DNA from: Lama glama
Taxonomy: Eukaryota
Direction: 5' to 3'
Length of the DNA: 64,000 bases
Assembly (NCBI GenBank): GCA_028534125.1
Contig: CM052816.1
Coordinates: 35,714,001-35,778,000 of the forward strand
Shown here: positions 47,614 to 61,336 of the stretch, in pieces
How the letters are laid out: each line of letters starts with the position of its first letter
Numbering within the stretch: position 1 is the first letter of the stretch
Translations under genes and position numbers: made by a program
The notes under the pieces: generated by a model
The model's database searches: none
Told to the model about the DNA's origin: nothing
What the model saw: the letters and a program-made list of their open reading frames with translations, nothing else

Positions 47614-47739
47614 AGCATCTACTGGGAAGCTCAGTGCTGCTCACATTTGAACCCACCATTGTCCTGAGAGTGACCACCTCTCTCCTGAGAGTGAGTGCAC
47701 TCTGGGGCCCGCTTTGCTTCCCTAGTCCTCGCCCTGTGA

Positions 47740-47920
47740 CAAAATAAATCTTTTAGGCCTTTGTGGGCTATACAGTCTTCGTCTCAGCTACTCAACTGAG
47801 CAAAAGCAACCATAGACAGTATATAAACAAGTAGTCATGAGCATGTTCCAATAAAACTTTATTGATAAAAACAGGCAGCATCCCAGTGGGGCCTGTGGGC
47901 CATAGTTTGCTGACCCTTGA
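47740..47920. mobile_element. MER58A-like MITE
   Basis: TGTTCCAATAAAACTTTATT...GGCCTGTGGGCCATAGTTTGCTGACCCTTG. Confidence 0.85.
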
Positions 47921-50769
47921 TATTGAGGATTGATTGGAGGTAAAGAGAAAGTAGAGAGTCACCTAAAATAGAGAAATAACATGAGCTGACAGTAGTAGAG
48001 AAAATGCAGTAAAGGGGCAAGTTTTAACTTTCTTCACATTATAAAGTTAATATATGTAGTGTTTAAAGAGTAAAATTTATAGAAGAAATACAAAGAAATA
48101 CAAGGAAAAAAAATCAGTCATAAAACCATGGCCATTTTTTTCCTCTGTGTGTATTTCCTTTCAGTAATTTTCTACTAATTTTCTGGTAATTTTCAATAGC
48201 TCAGTAATATTGTCAAATTCTCTATAGTTACATATTATTATAGCATTAGTATGTCCCCATACCATTAAAAAACCTTTTAAAGAATTATTTCTGATAGCTA
48301 TACAATATTCTACTGTATATTCTGTTATTCCTTAATTGATTTGTTTAAGATTGATTTCAATATTTTGACAGAAAGGGAAGTTGGATATTAACCTGATACA
48401 ATGGTTTTCATTTTTAAAAAATACATTTTTGAATGATTTCATGGTCTCCAATATTAATTAGGAAAACTTTTAGAGTTCATGGCGTCTTCAGGAAGTCATA
48501 ATACACATTAGCATTTTCAAAACTCTGAGAATTTGGTAGTAAAGAGGAGAAAACTCCTTCCCTTTAACCCAGAATTTCCCCAATACATTGGCTCATTAAA
48601 TCCTGCCTCCCTTTATTTTGGCTGACAACCTACAATATCGTGCAGGACTCTGACACTTCAAGAAACACACTTCAGAAAAAGCTGCTATGGGTTTTTCCAT
48701 CACAAAATGAAAGTGGAAGGGAAGCACTGTCATCAGAATATAGTTCTATTAAGAGTACAAATGACTTGGTGGTTTTAATAGCTAAACCTTCCAGAATATA
48801 ATCAACGAATGAGAATATAATAACACTTTGTTTTCATTTTTTTCTAAAGAACCTTTTTATTGAAATTAGGGAGGGGATTAAAAATCTGTCAGAGATTATA
48901 GATGGCCACTGAACTGAGGCAAGAAATGAATGTATTAATCCTGCTACAATTGCAGTCTAAAAGTAAATGAAAGAGTTAGAACTCACCGGTTTAAGAGTTA
49001 TAGATTTCTTTAGTTAGAAAGCAATGATAAATGATGAGAATCGGTGGGATAATTTCAGCATGGAACATAACAGCTGAATATTATTTATATTTTATTATAT
49101 ATGAAGGGTATTGCAGTGTTAAAATTTCATCTCGAAATATAAATCTAAAGACATATTAATCTGCACCCGCATTTCTGAAAGAGTGAAATCCTCGGATGAA
49201 ATTGGCACTCTGCTCATTTGTCAGTTCATTGATACTCTTGTCATCTTGTGAAAACAGAGAAAAGGGAAAGAATGGTTACTACTTTCCAAAGAGTTCTGCT
49301 TCATTTTTTTCATGAACTGAGATTAGCAAGAACCAGTTGAATGTCCTTTTGTTGGGTATAGTGATTTCAGAAGCTGTCTCTAAAAGGAAATTACTATTTT
49401 ATAGCCAATGACAAAAATTAAGTTTGCCTTTCTATACATATGGAGGCCATACAAAGCACCTCCAGAACCATTACAAGAGGGCAAGCTCCAGGCTATCTGC
49501 TATTTAAACAGCTTTTCAGACTGTCATATTAGGAAGGCAAGGAGGGTTTTATAGAGTGTCTGAATTAAATGTTGTAAGTTTTGCAAATGGGACCAAAAAG
49601 CTCATATAACATCTCAATTTCTAAAACTAGTCACCTTTACCATGAAAAGCTCAAAAGGAAACATAAATAAAGGTAGAGAATTACTTAGTCTTGACTCACA
49701 TAAATATTGTCTTTGCCCTGGATTATTAGACGTGAAACGATGAATAGGAAAACCACATGCATGCTTTACGAATAATGTGCATTCATATTTACATACATGT
49801 ATACAGGTACCCATGTGGTTGATACCTCAGCAAAATGTCTGTGCAAAAATTTTTCCAGGCAATGCTGTCCTATTACAGTGTCACAGTAGTGAGGTCCCTG
49901 ACATGATCTCGGCTAAGCCTGGAATAGTCAGTTAAATCTGCTGTCATATGCATTCCTTCTATTATCCTTACTAACTCTTCGCCTAAATCCTCGCCACACC
50001 GAAATTCTGAGCCCATTCACATTTTATTAGTAGTAAGTAGGGCTAGACAGCAACATATTTTCATTTATGACTTCAATTTACCAATCTTATTCCAGATTGT
50101 GTTTACCAAGTATTTCTTTTCTGGGCAAAGTGCATGAAGTTCTCCTTCCTTCGACTGGACAAGTCCAGCATTTGTAAAAGTCACTAGGTCTGTAGGAGGG
50201 AATTTTGAGTTTAAAATAGAAACAGGAATTACATATTTTCTAAATATTATTTTAAGAAAAAAAAAGGAGCACCTAGATTTAAAAATTTATCTTGGCTTCT
50301 TTTGTTTTGTTTCTTCCATTGTTCCTCCTTTATTCAAATGCCGTCTGGCAATATTTGTGCCATGCATGGGGCACTGGGTCCCTATCTACCCGTTCGCCGT
50401 CTGTAAAGCAAATGTCATTAATCTCCTCTTCCTCAGAAGAAGTGAGGTGTTTCTTTCAACATCATATACTTGGCTTATCTGGGGCTGGTACTATAATCTT
50501 CTAGAGTAAAGTTTATTTTTAAGTGACTTAGAAATTCATGCCTTTTAGTAATGGAACAGATTCCAAATACATAAAATTAATGGGATGTGGGGATTGGTTT
50601 TCTAAATTAAAATTATATTGTTGTCGATTCCTGGTATGACCAGAGCAACACAGGTCAGCATTGCCTCCCCTTCCCTCTATACAAAAGCAATAGAAAATGA
50701 AGAAATTACCGTAAACATGACTTTCAGTGAGAAGATTGGAGACAAATATAATCAGCATATTCTGAAATG

Positions 50770-52490
50770 CATATAAGGGGCATAAAACTTCTAGAGAAAA
50801 CATAGAAGATCTTTAGGACACCAGGGCAAGGAAAGATTTCTCAGCACATAGAAAGCACTAACCATGATAGAAATAAATAACAAGTCAAACTTCTTCAGAG
50901 TTGAAACTTGTGCTCATCAAAAGATACTGTTAAACAAATAAATAGGCATCTCACACACAGGGAGAAAATATTTGCCTTATATACCTCTGGTAAAGTGCTT
51001 GTATTCAGAATATGTAAAGAGCATCTATAATTCAGTAACAAAGATAAAAAATACAATGAAACAGGGCATACCCAGAATTAGCCAAATGACAAGGCCTAAG
51101 GGCAGAGTTCTCCACAAGACCACCCTCACTTCTGACACCAAGTTCAAGATTGAGAGGGAATCTCAAAACCACCTTCAGGTTCAATACTGCTCTGAAAGTA
51201 TTCGCAGAACCCACTGAAAGCTATTATATTCATGATTACAGTTTATTACAGAGAAAAAAAATACAGAAAATCAGCCAAAGGAAGAGACTCCTATGGCAGA
51301 GTCTGGATGGATTCCAAATATGAAGCTTCTTTTGTTCCCTGGACGCATTACCTCCCAGCATTGATGGTGATAATACACATGGAGCACTGCCAACTTGGGA
51401 AGCTCATCTAAACTTTGAGGTTCAGAGTTTTCATTCAGGCTTCACTACAGAGGCATGATTGACTAATTGCCCATATGATTGCTCTCATCCTCTCAGTTAA
51501 CTGACTCCATGTGAGCTAAAGTACCTACCCTCTGTTCACATGGTTGAGCTTTTGATAGCCAGCCTTTGCCCTAAATAAAGACACTCCTGTCAGGTATGAC
51601 ATAGGTTACCTTCCGGAAGACAAGGGCAAAGGCCAGACCTTCTCTTTGGCAAGACTATTGTTTTTACTACAAAGGGCAAAAGACCCTTTGCAAAGGAAGA
51701 TATATGATGATTACTGTGTGCCCAAAATGTTGCACCACATTGATAGTAATTAGAGAAATGCAAATTAACACCACAGACACCACTACAATCTATAGAAGTG
51801 GATGACATTAAAATGAATTGATAAAATGAAGTATTGTTAAGAATGTGGGCCAACTAGAGTTCTCATATATTTCCAGTGCATGTATAAAATTGTAAACTTT
51901 GATTTATAAAGTTAAAAATATATCTACCTATGATGTAGCATTCCACTCTCAGGTATTTACCCAAGATTAATGAACACATTTGTCTATAAAAATATATGTA
52001 CAAGAGTTTTCATACCAGCTTTAGACATAACAGTCAAAACTAGGAGCAACCCAAATGTCTCACCAACAAGAGAATATATTGATAATTTGTGGTATAGTCT
52101 TAAAATGAAACACTATTCATCAAGAGAAGAAGAAACTACTGTTTTACCTGACAACACGAATTAATCTCAGACAATTTATGCTGAGTGAAAGAAGCCATAT
52201 ATAAACTAGTACATAGTATATGATTCCATTTATATGAAATCATTGAACAGGCTAAACTAATCTATGGTGGTGAAAATCAGAATCACATTTGACATGCAAG
52301 AAAGTGAAGGTGAAAAGGTGGGTAGTGACTGATAGGAAAGAAACACAAAGAAACTTTCTAGTGGGATGAAATGTTCCATAACTTGATAGGGGTGAGGGTT
52401 ACAAGGTATGAGCAGTTATCAGCTCATCAACTTAAACACTTAAGATTTGTGCATTTTGCTGTATATAAATTATACCTCAATTTTAAATAC
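50770..52490 (+). mobile_element. old L1 3' region (L1MC/L1ME-type) split by an LTR
   Basis: AAACTTCTAGAGAAAACATAG; GCATTCCACTCTCAGGTATTTACCCAAG; ATGCTGAGTGAAAGAAGCCA; AAATTATACCTCAAT. Confidence 0.9.
51065..51671 (-). mobile_element. ERVL LTR (MER21-like) nested in L1
   Basis: AAGACCACCCTCACTTCTGACACCA...GGCAAAGGCCAGACCTTCTCTTTGG...TACTACA. Confidence 0.8.
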
Positions 52491-52799
52491 ATTTCCAAAA
52501 GGTGAGACTCATTCAGAAACAAACCATGTATACTTTGTTTGGAATGACTGGTGGCAGCTTTGTGTAGCCTTCTGCTGGGCCAGTTTTTACTCAGAGAAGC
52601 AGAGGAAGCTATAAAAGTAAATAGCTGGTCCAGAAAAATCCAGCTCGTTTAGTGATAAGTAAATATCGGCCCAGCTTCAATACAAATATTTTATTTTTTA
52701 AGAAGACAGAAAACAAAAGCAAAAGTTACCAATCATTATGGACTGAAGTGTATCCTCCCCAGAGTTTGTATGTTGAAGCCCTAAGCCCCAGAAAAAATT

Positions 52800-53680
52800 A
52801 CCTCCAGTGATTTCACAGAATAGAACTATAAAGACTATAGTAAGAGATGAGCCAACAGGAGAGATGAAACACGACCCAGGAGAACCAAGGAAAAAAATAG
52901 AAGAGAAAACAAAGTTGTCATAGAAATAAAAAATAAAATTGGAAGCATTCTAAGGGAGGAAAGTCAATAAGAGAATATAAATTAGTAATGTGGGTGAAAA
53001 GAAATAGAAGTGTGAAAAGAAATAGAAGTGTTAAAAGTATTTGGAAAGAAAAATTATAGGTATGGACGGACATAGGCAAAGGAGGTCCAACATCCACATA
53101 ATTAGAGTTCACAAAATTATAAAATCAAAATAATGGGACAATAAATATTTAATGATATAATTCAATAATTTTTTATCATTTAAAAAGTGAATTTAACTCT
53201 ATAAATTGAATGGGCATCCTGTGTATCAGAGAAAATTGAGACCAGAAAAATGGACTTATTGTTATAAACATATTTATCCTTAAAAATAAGGAATAAATAG
53301 CCAAGCACGGCAAAAAGTTCACATTATCTATAAAGGAAAAAATTAGGCAGGCTGGCATCAGATCTTGCCAAAACAGTTTTCAACACCTCAACCCATTAAT
53401 GATATTTAAGGAAAGAAAAGTCTGAGCCAGTGATTTTATATTCAGCCAAACTTATTTCCAGCAAGTGTAAAGACTACAAAGGTTTTTAAATGTGTAACTC
53501 AGAGAATAGGGGAAGCACTTCCAAAATGGCAGAGTAGGAATGTCCAGAAATCCACTCCTCTACAGAAGCAACAAGAAATTGGAAAGGATTGTCAAAGCCA
53601 GCTTTTCAGAACTCTGGAAAGTAACCAAAGACTTGCAACAATCAGAGGAACATTTATTCAAAACAATGGCTGAATTTTAA
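52800..53680 (+). mobile_element. old L1 5'/ORF1-region fragments
   Basis: GGAGGTCCAACAT, TTTTATATTCAGCCAAACT, and ACTTCCAAAATGGCAGAGTAGGA...TTCAGAACTCTGGAAAGTAACCAAAG. Confidence 0.6.
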
Positions 53681-56620
53681 CAAGAAAAAAGATACACATA
53701 GGTTGACAGTAAAAGGATAGAAAAAGATATAACATGCAAATACTAACCAAGAGAGCTTGAGTGGTTATATTATCAGAGAAAATAAACCTTAAGACAAAAA
53801 TTGATATTTTAAAATGACAAAATGGCAATAAACATATATACAACAAAGCCCCCAAATACATGAAGCAAAAAAATCACAAAATTGAAGGAAGAAATAGAAA
53901 ATTCAATAATAATTGAAGACTTAAACACCTCATGTTGAATAAAAGATAGACCACCTAAGTGGAAGATAAATTTAAAAAAATAGAACTGAACAACAGTATA
54001 CATTAGACCACAAAACAAGACTTGAAAATTTTAAAAGACTGAGATCGTACAAAATGTGTTCTCTGACCACAATGGAATGAGATTAGAAATCAACACTAGA
54101 GTTCAGAAATCCCCAAATCTGTGAAAATTAAACAGCAACTTCCCCCCACCACAAAATGTGTCAAATAAAAATTTCACAAGGGAAATTAGAAAATACTTTG
54201 GAAAAAATTGAAGACATAGCATACCAAAAGTTATGAAATGAAGCTAAACTAGTTCTCAGATGGAAATTATAACTGTAAATGTTCATATAAAAAAGGAAAA
54301 AAATCTCAAATTTACTATCTCACCTTCCTCCTTAAGAAGAAACTAGAAGAACGAGTAGCAAATCAAATCAAAAGTAAGCAGAAGAAAGGAAATAATGAAA
54401 GTTATGCAGAAATAAGTAAAAGAACAGGAAAATGATGGGAAAAAATCAGTTGTTTCCCTGAAACATTTTTTTTTTAATTGACAAACTTTAGCTAGAATGG
54501 ACCAGAAGAAAGATAGAAAATCTCAAATTGCTAAAGTCAGAAATGACAGAAAGGACATCTTACTAACCTTATAGAAATAGAAAGCATTGTAAGAGAATAC
54601 TATAAACAATTGTATGCCAACAGACTAGATAACCTAGTCTGGAAAAATTCCTTAAAAAAATCACAGTATACCAAAACTGACTCAAGAAGAAATAGAAAAT
54701 CTGAAAGGAACTCTTATAAGTAAAAATACTGAATTAGTAATTTTAAAATTTTCAAAAGTAAAGCCCAATAATAGATGGTTACTCTGGTAAACAGTACCAA
54801 ATGCTCACACAAGAATTAATACAAAATATTTCCCCCAAATTGAAGAGGTTGGAAAACTTTCCAACTTATTCTATGAAGCCAGAAATGCCAAGACCAGACA
54901 AAGATACCACAAGAGAAGAAAACCATAAATCAATATCCTTAATAAATATAGAAGCAAAAATCCTCAATAAATTAGTAGCAAACAAAATCCAACTACATAT
55001 GAAAAGGATTATGCATCACGACTAAGTGGGATTTATCTCAAAAGTACAATGTTAGTTTACCATCTGTAAATCAACAATGTAATATTAATACAGTAAAGAA
55101 CAAAAACTACATATCATCTCAATAGATGCAGGGAAAAAAAAAACCATTTGGCAAAATCCACCACCATTTCATGACAAAAATGATGAAAAACTAGGAATGA
55201 ATGAAAGAGAACTTTCTCAACATGATAAAGATCAGATATGAAAAACCACATCTAACATTTTAATGGTGAAAGATGGAGGGTTTTTTCCCCTAAAAACAGG
55301 AAGAAGATAAGGAGATCTGCTCTTGCCATTTATATTCAACATTTCACAAGAGATTCTAACATGGGCAATTAGACAAGAAAAAGAAATAAAAGACATCTAG
55401 ATTGGAAAACAAAAGTAAAACTATCTCTATTTGCAAATATGATCTTGTATATAGAAAATCCTAAGGAATACAAACATACACACACACAGAAAATTATTAG
55501 AACTACTAAATGAGTTCAGCAAGTTGTAGAACATGAAAAATATCACAGTAGCAACAAACACATGAATTTTTTTAAAGTCCATTTATCATAGCATCAAAAA
55601 GAAAAAGAGGCAATAAATTAAACAAAAGAAGTGCAAGTTCTTTGAACACTGAAAACTGCAAAACATTGTTGAAATAAATTAATAAATAAATAGAACAATA
55701 TCTCATATTTATGGATCAGGAGACCTAACAGTGATAAAATAGCATTAATCTCCAAAATCAGCCACATACTCAATGCAGTTCTTAATCAAAATTCCAGCTA
55801 CCTTTATTGAAGAAATTAAAAAGCCAATCTTAAAATTCATATGGAAGTGCAAGTTACCCACAATGGCCAATGCAATTTTGAAAAATAAGCATAAAGTTGG
55901 AGGACTCACACATCATAATTTCAAAACTTACTGTAAAACCATAGCAATGAAGATAGTGTGATACTGGCTAAGGATAGACATATAAACTCATGGGATACAA
56001 CTGAGATTCCAAAACAAACTCTCACAACTATGGCCAGATTATTTTTGACAAGGGCGCCATGAATGTTCAAAGGGGAAAAGAATTATCCTTTGAACAAACA
56101 GTGCTGAGACAACTGTGTATCCATATGTAAAAGAATGAAGTTGGACTCCTTCCTTACACCATATACAAAAATTAACTTAACATGGTCATAAATCTAAATA
56201 TAAGAGCTAAAATTATAAAATGCAGGAGAAAACATTGGAGTAAATCTTCATGACCTTGGCTTAGGCAGTGGTTTCTAAGATATGACATAAAGACACAAGC
56301 AACAAAAGAAAAAAGTATAGATAGATAAATTGGACTTTATTAAAATTAAAAACTTTTGTGCTTCAAAAGATATTATTGATAAAGTGAAAAGATAACACAC
56401 AATATGGGGAAATATTTGTAAATCATACATGTGATGAAGAACTTGAATAGAATATATACAAATTATTACAACTCAACAGTAGAAAGAAAAATGACCCAAT
56501 TTTTTAAATAGGCAAAGGATTTGGATAGACAGTTCTTCAAAGACGACACACAAATGGCACCTTTTTGTGTACTGAACATCATTAATCATGAAGCAAATGC
56601 ATATCAAGACTGCAAGGATA
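53680..56620 (+). mobile_element. degraded L1 ORF2 (endonuclease-RT-Cys region)
   Basis: PRPDKDTTREENHKSISLINIEAKILNKLVANKIQ and IKIPATFIEEIKKPILKFIWK...VGGLT..FKTY match L1 ORF2p; many stops and frameshifts. Confidence 0.95.
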
Positions 56621-57194
56621 TGTAAGGAGAAATAGAAGTTCTAGAGGTGGAAGATTGTAATTTCCTTCTTTCAATCTAGGACAGATTGAGTGGATCCAAA
56701 CCTAAAAAAAGAGATGACCTAACAAACATAATTAGTATAGTTGATCTGATTGATAAGCAGTTTCACCATTAAGGGACCCTAGGGCCCTGTAATTTAAAGG
56801 GCTCTGAATTTTGCCAACACATAAAATTGATTAAATAATACACAGGAGCCTCTTTCTGTCTGAATCTGATGCTCAGCATTGGCACAAAGTGACTAGAATT
56901 CCTAAATATCCGTCATTTCATTGCCACCATTCAGGCCCCAGAGAAATACTTTCCCACATCTCTTGCCCTATGTCTTTGAAACAGATGGGAACTATATCCA
57001 AGTGAAAGTTTGGGGGTTGTGCTTTTCTCTACATCAGGGATGGAGACTACTTTTGAATGTGAGAAGCATTGAGCTGAGGATGCTTAAGTTATCAGAAAAG
57101 ACAAAATTAGTAATTTGTCAAATTCTTTCTCTCAGATAGCATAAATGTTACAAATCCTGCCTAACAAAGTATCATTTCCCAAGATGCTAATAAG

Positions 57195-57359
57195 CATGGT
57201 GTGCTGGAGCTTGCTCATCCCACCTTCCAAGAGCCAATGGTTAAAAAGGCAAGAATTTTGCAAGCCAGTTTTCAATCATGAGTAGCCTTAACTGATGGCA
57301 AACACTGCTAATCAAGGCACGTCCCTCTTTCCCCATGCTTGTTTAGCAGCACAACACTG
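57195..57359. mobile_element. MER63-like hAT-Blackjack MITE
   Basis: TIR-like CATGGTGTGCTGG ... CAGCACAACACTG. Confidence 0.75.
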
Positions 57360-57399
57360 GTACAAAATATCCATTTTTTTTTTTCTCCTAGCCATGTCC

Positions 57400-58390
57400 C
57401 TTTTCATTATTCTGGAGGTATCCACAACTTATCGTAGTATTTGCAAGTTTCATACCATACTTAAGAAACTTTTTGCACTGTTACACAATTAATGTTAATA
57501 TTAAATGTGCATATTTATGTAATTATCTTATATTGTAAATGAACATTAAATGTTCAAAGTTTATGTAAAATTTGTATATTCAGTGGTTATAATTTACATT
57601 TTACTTTTTACTTTTAACATATAATTTTAACTTTGTAGAAGAAAAATAACTTTTTTGAAAAATATATGAAAACTAAATTTTTGCATTAACTTTTTGATGA
57701 AACTGTTTGAATTTCATACACTTTGATTACTATTACATTTTACACTGAACACTTTTGATGATTTTTGGCAATAGAACAAAAATTTTGTGAAAAATCTTAA
57801 TCATTACAGTATAATTTTGTCCATGGTTGCCAAGGCCTGAGGGAGTAGGAAGTAGGGAATAAGTTCTTAGGGGATCCGAGATCCTTTTGGGGTTGTGAAA
57901 ATGTTTTGGAACTAGATTCTGCAACATTGTGAATATGCTAAGTGCCACTGATTGTTCACTTTAAAATGGTAAATTTTATGTTATATGAATTTTACCAAAA
58001 TACAATTTAAAAAAAGCAATGTAATTTTGCTGAAAGGAAGGCAAGAAAAAAATGTTGAGGATGAATATATAACTTATGAATTATATATGTCGTATTTCAT
58101 TATTCATCCAAACATCAGCACATCAACAAAACATCCAAAAAATTTGCAAAACTAACTGAATTCTGTCATCTTTTATATTTTGCTGACTTTCAGTCATATA
58201 AAAACTTGTTTTATGCATTACTCAATTTTGTTATTATCAACATATATTTATCAAGGGAGAAGAATAAACATATTGAAGGCTAGTTTTAATGTGTAACTTC
58301 TATAAATTTTAGACATAATGTTTAACTTTTAAATATTTAGACGTGATATGTTGGTCTATATTTGTGTTCCTCCCTCAGACTCCACCTACC
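57400..58390 (+). mobile_element. hAT-Tip100 remnant (Zaphod/MER115-like), second copy
   Basis: TAATTTTGCTGAAAGGAAGGCAAGAAAA...TTTTAAATATTTAGACGTGATATGTTGGTCTATATTTGT is the reverse homologue of 21280-21630; left boundary uncertain. Confidence 0.65.
57821..58016 (+). mobile_element. L1MB-type 3' end nested in the hAT element
   Basis: TGGTTGCCAAGGCCTGAGGG...CACTTTAAAATGGTAAATTTTATGTTATATG; TSD-like CAGTATAATTTTG / CAATGTAATTTTG. Confidence 0.9.
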
Positions 58391-60479
58391 AGTGGTATGT
58401 CTGGGTCCATCCTATAGCATGTGATGCATCAGAAGTCAGTGAAAAGGACAAAACTCTGGACAATTATTGTAGCAGTTCACCTGGTGCTGCATGGGAGAGT
58501 GTTAGATAAAATGAGATACTTACGAAGTGCTATTTTGGGGGTATATGATGAAACTTTCAATTATGGATTAATTTTTAAATCTGATTTCCATATGCTTTAT
58601 GTGCATGATTCATTTAGTGATATTTCAGTAGATAATTTACATAAAGAAGGAAATTTTAGACGTTTGTTACATCAGCAATATTGTTCCAAAGGACTTTGCC
58701 AATCTTAAAATATGCATTATGATATATGCAATGGCTGAATGTTGGTACTTGAAATAGATGATTGTTTATCCATCAGTCAGTAGAGGGTTACCTATTTACT
58801 GGTCTCTTAAATATATAAGAGATACAGTTGGAGAAAAACAGAAAAGAGAAGTTTACTTACAAGGAAGGTATATAGCTTAAATTAAAAGGCATGACAGAAC
58901 AAAGATCTAAATATTAGATGACGGCCATAGAAAGGCTAAAAGATCACTTGGTAAATTTTATCGAGAGTTGTCAGTGCTACTTAGAACTATATTTTGAAAT
59001 GGCATTGACCATTTTTTCCCTGTCATTACACCCAGTTTTGTCATCAAGGTATAACCTTAGCATAGGACGAACATCCTCTGGTAGCCCCAAGTACAAAATA
59101 ATTGTTACTCTGAGTCCTTAGAGACTGAAAACATTTTGAAGGTCAGGGAAGTGACCTCCATCTCTTTTATAGCTACCTTTCAGCACTCAAGACTCCAGCT
59201 GTACCAAAAGCTGATGTCACATTATGATTCTAGGAGGGTTTGATTGACAATACTGCATGATAGCCCATCCAGAAAATTAATCTGTGTTGGAAACAGTGAG
59301 ATGCCCTCAAGACACTCAGTCAGTTGGCTCTTTTTCACTTTTTCTTAGAGATAGTAAGGATTATAGCGATTCTCCTCAGTCCTTGAGAAGCGATACCACA
59401 CAGACATCAGAGCAGCATCTTATGTCTGTATTTTCAGCAGGTCAGCCAACTGATCCAGGAGCTTTAGTCTTCTTCACAATCATTCTGAAATGTCAGTTTT
59501 GTCAAAAGATAGCATCACATCTGTGCCGAATGTCTGAGTGGTGGGGCCACATTGGGCCATGGCAATACTATCTGTGATGATGGAAGAGCTTAAAAGGTGA
59601 TCACAGAGGCATTGTTGCTACATCCAAAGCATCTTCCTTTGTCAGCTCTTCAGAAACTCCTTCATAACCGTGGAGTTCGAAATAATCTTTCATGTGAAAC
59701 ATTTCAAAATGTCACATTACAATTGTTATTCTTCCAGGAAGGGTTGAGTTTTCATGGAGCAAAAAGAGCAAAGAGTAGACGTGCTTTTGAACATCAACCC
59801 TGAGAAGGCAGGGACCAGTCCTTCTTCATGATCTGATAGCTATTTTAGTTCTCAAAGACGCATAGAAAGATCCAAGCTTAGGCATGAAATAACTTTGTAG
59901 TCCCTGTACCCTAAAAGATTGGAAAGGCCTTTAAGGTGAAACTGCCCCTCAAACCCTTGTGCCTCATATTTATTTTCTCTGTTCCCTTCAGCGTGAAACA
60001 CCAATCTACACTCTGACTTAATCAATGATTTTTTTTGTTGTTGTTAAAATGGGTCTTACATAAAACCCAAGTCATAATTCAGTTATTCTACTTTTTGTCC
60101 TCCTACCAACTCTGAGACCTCTGGGAAAGGCCGACTTGCCTTATCTTATCACTTGCAAAACACAAAGAAAATACTTTTGAGAGGAGAAATACATGTATAT
60201 ATATGTAAATATATATAGACTGTCAAAAAGGGTGAATGACAAGAAAAGTTTCATTCATTTCTCCCCTGAACTATCAGAAATGATAGGGAACAGATCTGGA
60301 ACACAATCCGTTTGGGTTGCCAGACAGACCTTAAACTCTGCCATCAGAGCTGTACCCTGTTTGGAAGGAAAAGATCCCGGCTCTTTTACTCAGCAAAAGA
60401 TAAAGATCCCATGTGTAGGAGAGCAAGGCCTGAGAGCTATCATTTCCCCTCTGACTTCTGCCTGCTGCCGTCTGCTGAA

Positions 60480-61250
60480 AGATGTTATGGCTGACTGACC
60501 CTCAAAAATAGACACTGTGATGGTGATATATTGTGGCCCTTGAAGAATTTAATTGTCAAATTGACATTTATCAAAAGCTTTAGTGCATTTGAAAGATAAA
60601 TTGTGCAAGTTTGGTTCAGATCAAAGAGCCCCTGTCCTTCTCCATTCAGAGTGCAGGCTGGCTTCAGCAGGCAAGTCATACGTGAAAAATGATCCCCCTC
60701 TACTCCCGGCTCCTCTAAGCACTGCACTGGTAACAGATAATCACAAATTTAAATGTTAGCCTCCTTTTCAGAAAGTTCTTAAAATAATGGGGAACCCATC
60801 GAGACCATTCGTATTTGAAAGGAATGCTAAATAATTTAGTGTTTGGGAGCAGGATGCACTGTGCTGGGCAGATAAATGATGAAACCCCAGCCCAGACTCT
60901 CTTCAGCAGTTGCCACACTAATTACAGATCAATTACTTCCCAGTTGTTTGCAACCTTATCAAAGAATGGTAAATTTACTGAGAGCAAAGTGTGATAAGAT
61001 GACTTTTCATTATTACAGTAGATTTGTTGAAACAGCTCTGACACTGAGATTAATAAGAGCTCTCCCAGAGGTAATAGGGTTCGTGCGCATATAGGGAGAA
61101 TTTAAGAGCTGAAAACCGGATGCTAGGCGCTATCATAAAAACCCTTCCTCTCATTAATTGTTATCACGAGTATGTTCGCAGTGCAGAAGTAAAGCAGGGA
61201 AATGACCCATTCACTGAAACTTGCCTCAAACAATGTAGCTCTTCACTCCC
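60480..61250. promoter_or_regulatory. candidate conserved non-coding enhancer block
   Basis: Apparently repeat-free, dense TAAT/TGACA/ATCAAAG/GATAA motifs; conservation not tested. Confidence 0.35.
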
Positions 61251-61311
61251 AAAGAGGCACGCTGAAAATCAAAGCGAAGTAAAAGCATTTGGGTTTGGGA
61301 GGGACAGAAGA

Positions 61312-61336
61312 GTGTGTGTGTGTGTGTATGTGTGTA
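61312..61336. repeat. (TG)n microsatellite
   Basis: Directly visible. Confidence 0.9.

Noticed and set aside
54801..55961. Active L1 ORF2
   Set aside because: Numerous stops, frameshifts and deletions
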